Shown here piece by piece: positions 58,443 through 64,000 of a stretch of 64,000 nt of DNA. The position numbers were made by a program, and so were the translations under genes. Each line of letters starts with the position of its first letter. The stretch's first letter is position 1. Below the pieces are notes generated by a model. That model worked only from the letters and a program-made list of their open reading frames with translations, was not told where the DNA came from and ran no database searches. Source of the stretch: the human T2T-CHM13v2.0 reference genome, Homo sapiens; NCBI RefSeq assembly GCF_009914755.1, contig NC_060941.1; one strand, 5' to 3'.

Positions 58443-58633
58443 GGCCGGGCACAGTGGCTCACGCCTGTAATCCCAGCACTTTGGGAGGCCGAGGCGGGTG
58501 GATCACAAGGTGAGGAGATCGAGACCATGCTGGCTAACACGGCGAAACCTCACCTCTACTCAAAATACAACTGCACTCCAGCCTGAGCAACAGTGCGAGA
58601 CTCTGTCTCAAAAAAAAAAAAAAAAAAAAAAAA
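58443..58633 (+). mobile_element. AluY lacking most of its right arm
   Basis: TSD aaaaagacttct; junction 'aaaatacaa|ctgcactccagcc'. Confidence 0.88.
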
Positions 58634-61600
58634 AGACTTCTTAATTCCTGTCCCTCGTCATAGCAGAAGAAACCCTCAGGAAAGATTTTTCTAGTTGATT
58701 TTATCTAATAACCAGCTGTGGGCCTTGGCTGTAAGGCCTATTCCTTTTCTGGAGGTAGGTGTTTCCCTCTGCCCATCCTTTGAAGAGCTGCACCACCCCG
58801 AGTAGGAAGAACCCTTGTGGCCAGAGTCCTTGGGCCTACCAGAGACCTCTACACTTCCCTGCCTGTGCTGAGGTTTTCCTGGAAGCTGCTCTCTGGAAGC
58901 CAAGTATGTGCTATACCATTTCCTTGGAGTCTTGACCAAAGAGATTGCCCCAAAAACCAAGACCTCCTCCAAGCTGGCCTCCTCCCAAGGGCTAGCTGGC
59001 CACTGGGTCAGACCTGGTGACTCTCTTGGAGTTAGCTCCCAACTCCCCTCCCCCGTGTATGCTTCCTGCAAAGGCTGGGTCTCTCGGTTCCCCTTGCTTC
59101 ATCTGAACAAGGAAGATCTCCTTGGGAAGTATCCAGTGTGCACACAGTATTCAGTGCCTCCCTCCCCTCCACCAAGATGGGGTTTCCTAGTATCACTCTT
59201 TCTATCAGGGTGAAAGTTCCGCTGGAGTAGGGAGCACATTAGAGATGCCATATTCATCTGTGTACCCACAATCCCATCCCTAGGCCAGGAGGCTAGTACA
59301 GTCCATCTGTCTGTACTTGTTTCTCCAACAGCTGCCCTGGCCTTCTGAACTCCATGCTCCCAAGCAAGCTGAGTGACAGCACCACATTGGCTGACATCTC
59401 ATGAGGTTCGCCATCTCCAGTATCTATGGGCCCCCTCTCTAGTCTCATGAGTCCAGATGCTGGCCAGTCTACCCACCAGCCTGGGGACCTCTGCATTCTC
59501 TGAGTCTGCCCTTCAGGACTCACCCCATCCCAAGCAACTCTGCTTGCATGTCCTCTATCTCTACCTAGCCTTCAGCCTTGAGGTCCAACTTGCTCATGTA
59601 GGAGGTTCCCAGATGCCAAGCACCTGACCCACATGCCCCCCTGTTGAAACTGCATCTGCTTTGGCCCTGAGAAGAGTCCCACCCAGTACTTAGGATACAG
59701 GACTCGGGCCCACTGTGGGAAGACCCCCAGCTGGTTCTGAGTAAAGTCACACTTTGGGGTTAGCAGGGAAGATCCTCCAAGTTGCTCTTGGATGCAGCTG
59801 TCCTCGTTTTAGCCCTAGAGGTTCAGCCTCCCCTTCGCGGTGCTGTCACCAACATGCTGACCTCAGGGGCTGCGCATGCCCCTTTTCCCCATGGATCCAG
59901 ACCCTTCGCTCACACGCTGTTTGGCATAGTTGAGCCCGGGCTATCATGTTTAAAAAAGGCACAGGCGCAGGGGGTGATACTCAGTCATCTGAGCTGCTAA
60001 CAAAACACGCAAGCATTACTAGTTGGGGAGCTGACTTCGCCTCTCTCATATTCAGCTTGCTTGTCTATAAAATGGGGGAAGTACCTCACCCTTCACAGAG
60101 CTGTCAGGGAACTGGTGATAACGTGCACACACTGTGCCAAGCAGGTGCTCAGAAGTATTGCTCACGCAGATGGATGCTTCTGTTCCAAGTTACTAGTCAG
60201 GAATGGTCTGAGAGGCCCTGAGACACCAGAGATCTCTTACCTTTGTATATGCCAGAGGATGGGACAGACACACCCAAAACTGTCCCAGTTGTTAATTCCG
60301 CTTGTCCCCTGGCCCTGGTCCATCGTCCCTTTCCCGGAAGAAAAAGCAGCACTCCACTCTTGCTAACTAACACCTACCCAGCCTCACCCCTACACAAAAC
60401 ACAGCTGGCTCAGTCCAGCCAGGGATGCTCCTCACCGGACAGACATCCATCAGCCAAATTTCCACATCAGAATTTCCTGGAAAAGGGTGACCACCCGAAG
60501 AACTCCCAAAATACGTATCTATCCCAGGGCTTCAAGCTAGAAACAAGGAGGCCCCTTGCTTCTCATGTAAGAAGCAATACGTTCGCTTTCTTTTACATCC
60601 GAATCTCGGGAAAGGAACTGGAAAAGCCAGGGCAGGGCACACCTGAGCCTCTCCTACAAGTAGGGTATCTCCGGATTCTCCAGATACAGAACCAAGAGGG
60701 TTCCTGCAACATACTCTGCTGACAGCCCATGAAAGCTCATTCCAGCAGCCCCTAAACTTTGCTCAAATGCTACTGATGCCTTTAGGAGAGATTTTGTTGT
60801 TCTCTGGACCTGAAAGCAATCTAATGTACTTTTATAAGGCCAGGCTCTTGCTGACAATGTTGCCACAGGATACATCCTCAGGCGGACTCACCCTGTAACC
60901 ATTTCACTTCTTTCTTTCTTCCCCCCGCCCCCGATGAATTGCACTGAGCATTCTCAGTCAAAATTTGCTACTTTCTCTGTGAAGTAGGTCAAGAGTTAAA
61001 TAATAAATAAATTCAGCCTCCATGATTTCTTCCGGCAGTGTTTTACCAGAATGTTTAGGAATACTGACACCATTGAAGGTAACTGTTAATTTAGTCTTTA
61101 CAAGAATCCTGGGGGCAGGCGGGCTTCTAGTAAAGGGGATGTCCTGGAAGGTCACCCCCCCACACACAAAGGACTTTAGAAACTTCGGGTCTCACTCAGG
61201 CTGTGACTGCGAGCTCAGTGATTAGAGGACAGCCTGTCACATAGACAATAAACAGCCAGCCGCCTTGCCTCAGCAGGTCCTGTGCAGCCCTGGGGCCAGG
61301 CCAGAACCCCAGGAACAAGCCACTTTCGGGTTCTGAGCCTTAGCCTCGGGGAGCTGGACCAGGGGAGCAGGCAGTGGCGGGGGGTGCTACGGCACCCCAG
61401 GATCAAGCCTGCTGAGGGGGCTCGGGCTGGTGGCCAGCAGGCTCGGCTGACCAGCAAGTGGGTGGTCCCGAGGCGGCCAGGCAGCCTGACCCAAGGCAGC
61501 ACGACCGTCCACGGGTCATCAGGCTCTAGACTCCGGGGTGGAGACGCGGGGCTGCGGGACCGAGTCGGTGCCACTTTCTCGCACCCCTGATCCTCCGTGC

Positions 61601-61958
61601 CTCTTCCCAAGACCGCCAGACCCTTCACCGGCCCCTGCCACTGCCGGGAACGCTCCCGCCTGCTCCTTAACTCACACAGGCAACAAGTTCTCGCTTCCTC
61701 AGAGCAGCCACGGTGTGCTCCGGAGGCCCGGCGCAAGGGGGAAGCTCCCCGCGAGTCCGCGTTGCCCACGCCCCGAGGGGCGCCCGCTGCCGTCGCTGCC
61801 CCCCAGGAGCGTGGAGCTACAGGTAGCGCCGGCAAGGGCTGCCCCCCGGGGCGCCCCTCCGACCGGGACGCTGCGGCATCCCCGGAACGGGCAACAGGTA
61901 CGCGAGCGCACCGAGGACCGCAGCCCCGGCTCCTACAGCCCCGGCCCTCGCCCCTTAC

Positions 61959-62141
61959 CTCCAGCAACTGCACGTAGCTCGCCGGGAACCAGCCACGGAG
62001 CCCGTCCTCCTTCTCGCCTTCCCACCAGCCGCCGTCCGGGACCTGCAGCAGCGTGATCAGCTCGCCCGCGGCGAAGCGCAGCCCCTGGCCGTGCCGCTCC
62101 CCGGAGAAGGGGTACAGGGTCCGGCAGCGAGCGCCGGACAT
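61959..62141 (-). CDS. GAS7: GAS7 first coding exon (N-terminal SH3 domain of the long isoform); partial CDS that continues beyond the left end of the window
   Basis: ATG at 62141 in context GCCAAGGCC-ATG. Translates MSGARCRTLYPFSGERHGQGLRFAAGELITLLQVPDGGWWEGEKEDGLRGWFPASYVQLLE (183 nt, 61 codons), with SH3 hallmarks (LYPF, GWWEG, GWFPASYV). Followed by a phase-0 donor GAG|GTAAGG at 61958. Recognised as the human GAS7 N-terminus. Confidence 0.96.
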
Positions 62142-62360
62142 GGCCTTGGCGCCCGGGTTCACAGCGCAGCCTGCATTCCCGCCGAGCCCCACGGGCTGGG
62201 CAGCGGCTCCGCGGGGTCCCAGGCGCCCGGCGCTCCGGGCTCCCGCGCTCTGGGCGCGCGCCGTCTCTGGGGTGCACGGGGGTCCTCAGGCAGGCGGGGG
62301 GACGCGCGCTCCGCGCCGGGAAGCAGAGACTCGTTGGCTTCGCAGAGCGAGCGGCGACGC
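62142..62360 (-). other. GAS7: Probable GAS7 5' UTR (transcription start only approximate)
   Basis: GC-rich sequence between the ATG and the proximal GC box at 62401-62409; the in-frame upstream reading closes at a TGA near 62287. Confidence 0.55.
62159..62176 (-). other. Upstream ORF (ATG CAG GCT GCG CTG TGA; MQAAL*)
   Basis: Read directly; ends 17 nt before the GAS7 ATG and is out of frame with it. Confidence 0.7.
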
Positions 62361-62492
62361 CCCCGGGCCGGGCAGCTCGCGGATCCTAGCTCTGGGCTGG
62401 GGGGCGGGGCTCAGGGGGAGGAGACCCAGGCGCCGCGGGCTCCGGAGACAACTTCCCGGGAACGCGGAACGCGGGCTGCCGCCGCGAGGGCT

Positions 62493-62526
62493 GGCCGGGG
62501 CCGGGGCCGGGACCGGGGCCGGGGCC
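62493..62526 (+). repeat. Interrupted (GGGGCC)5 hexanucleotide repeat
   Basis: ggcc-GGGGCC-GGGGCC-GGGACC-GGGGCC-GGGGCC. Confidence 0.9.
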
Positions 62527-63434
62527 GCCCTGGCGCGCGGAAATGCGCAGCTCCCCCGGGAGGTGGGACCCGGAGCATCCCCCGCGGCAGGACTCCGCGG
62601 CGGGAGGCCGTGGAGAGGAGCTGGCGGCCGGGTGGCCGGGCGGGGGTTAGCTCACTGGCGAGGGGGCGGGCCGGGGCGGGGCCAGGGCGGCCACGCCCGC
62701 GGAGGGCTGCGCGCTCCCTCGCAGAGGGGCCTGTCACTGGGGAGAGGGGCTCCCACTCGCGCCCCCACCGCCGGGGACCGCGGGAATGGAAACGCCCCTC
62801 TGTTCTGTGCCTGCTTTGTAGGCCTGGCGGCCCGTGGCGTGCGGGCGGCTTCTTCGAGGTGTCTGCGAGGGATCGTTTGTGGTTGTCATTGTAGTGGTTG
62901 AACCTGGGGTTGAACTTGTCTCACCGGAAACTGAACAATGGGTGAAAGACAGGTTTGAAGCCTGGCGCCTGCGCCCAGCAGCCTGGTGGCAGCGTGGCAC
63001 GCTGGAGGGACGGAATGGAGAGAAGACGGGGTCGGAGTTGATAGAATTGGAAACAGTCGATGGGGATAAATGGAGGAAAGGCGAACGGTGAGAGGAACAG
63101 CACCAATGCTTTTACTTGCAGAGGGAAGGCCGGCCCAGGGTACCAGCCCTCCCGAAATCGAGATGGGTTGGCTAAAGCGTCTACACTCATGTAGTCAGTC
63201 AACAAACATTACCAGGAGGCTGCCATGTTCCATGCGATGTGCCAGGTACTACAAAGATCATTTGGGCCAGTCCCTGCTCTCCAGGGACCAGTGAACCTGA
63301 GTGCTGCAGAATGTTGACCTTGAACTGACCGTACAGAAGTAAAAGAAAGCTTGGTTTCCTTGCTAGTCTACTCCATAAAAAATTTTAAAGAAATAAAATA
63401 AAGTACATTTTTTAGCCTGTAAATAGCTGGACTC

Positions 63435-63730
<296 letters not shown>

Positions 63731-64000
63731 GCTGGACCCTTTAATACGCCTGTATACCTCTGTCTACTCCTTCCCCCCTCCCCCAGTCACCTTCTGTGGC
63801 TCCCTATTGCCTTTTAAATTTGGTACAAACTTCTCTGCCTGTACATTTCAGGCCCTCCACAACGCCTCCTCTAGCTTCACCTCTTACTATGACTGCCTAG
63901 ATATCCATTACAAAACCAGTCAGGCCGGGCTCCAAGAGCCTGAAGATCTTGCACACCTGTCTATGCTTTGAATCAGACCCTGGCACAGAGCCTTTCACCT

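Larger units (their letters stand above)
61480..62880. promoter_or_regulatory. CpG island / TATA-less GAS7 promoter with Sp/KLF GC boxes
   Basis: Very high GC and CpG density compared with the CpG-depleted remainder. GGGGCGGGG boxes at 62401-62409 and ~62673-62681. Spans exon 1. Confidence 0.92.

Noticed and set aside
61215-62192. 325-aa ORF containing the SH3 domain
   Set aside because: Only 62141-61959 is exonic. The rest is read-through past the GTAAGG donor into GC-rich intron, and the upstream GTG start has weak context.
61538-62901. Long + strand ORFs (172, 267, 282 aa) over the promoter
   Set aside because: Low-complexity Arg/Gly/Pro/Ala frames expected from stop-codon scarcity in a CpG island; no domain similarity.

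Overview
Primate (almost certainly human) genomic DNA holding the 5' end of GAS7 (growth arrest-specific 7) on the minus strand. It contains a CpG-island promoter (~61.5-62.9 kb), the first coding exon (62141->61959, 61 codons encoding the N-terminal SH3 domain, GT donor at 61958) and ~62 kb of the very large first intron. The intron is repeat-dense: about 65 Alu copies or monomers by manual count, plus L1/L2/MIR fossils, solo LTRs (MLT1, MLT2, MER41, MER21) and DNA transposon fossils (MER5, MER30, MER58/Cheshire, MER112, a mariner transposase remnant). Almost all ORF-track entries are Alu-derived or GC-rich noise. I found no evidence of a new multi-gene system. The best leads are: (i) a ~160 bp piece of flanking DNA copied into a nearby MER21 LTR; (ii) a MER41 LTR that retains an intact STAT GAS motif; (iii) a compact AP-1/PU.1/RUNX motif cluster; (iv) a 5-codon uORF just upstream of the GAS7 ATG; (v) an interrupted GGGGCC repeat in the promoter; (vi) several rearranged Alus, including a hairpin at an Alu-Alu junction. 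Repeat subfamily names come from recalled consensus sequences and boundaries are approximate unless a target-site duplication (TSD) is quoted.
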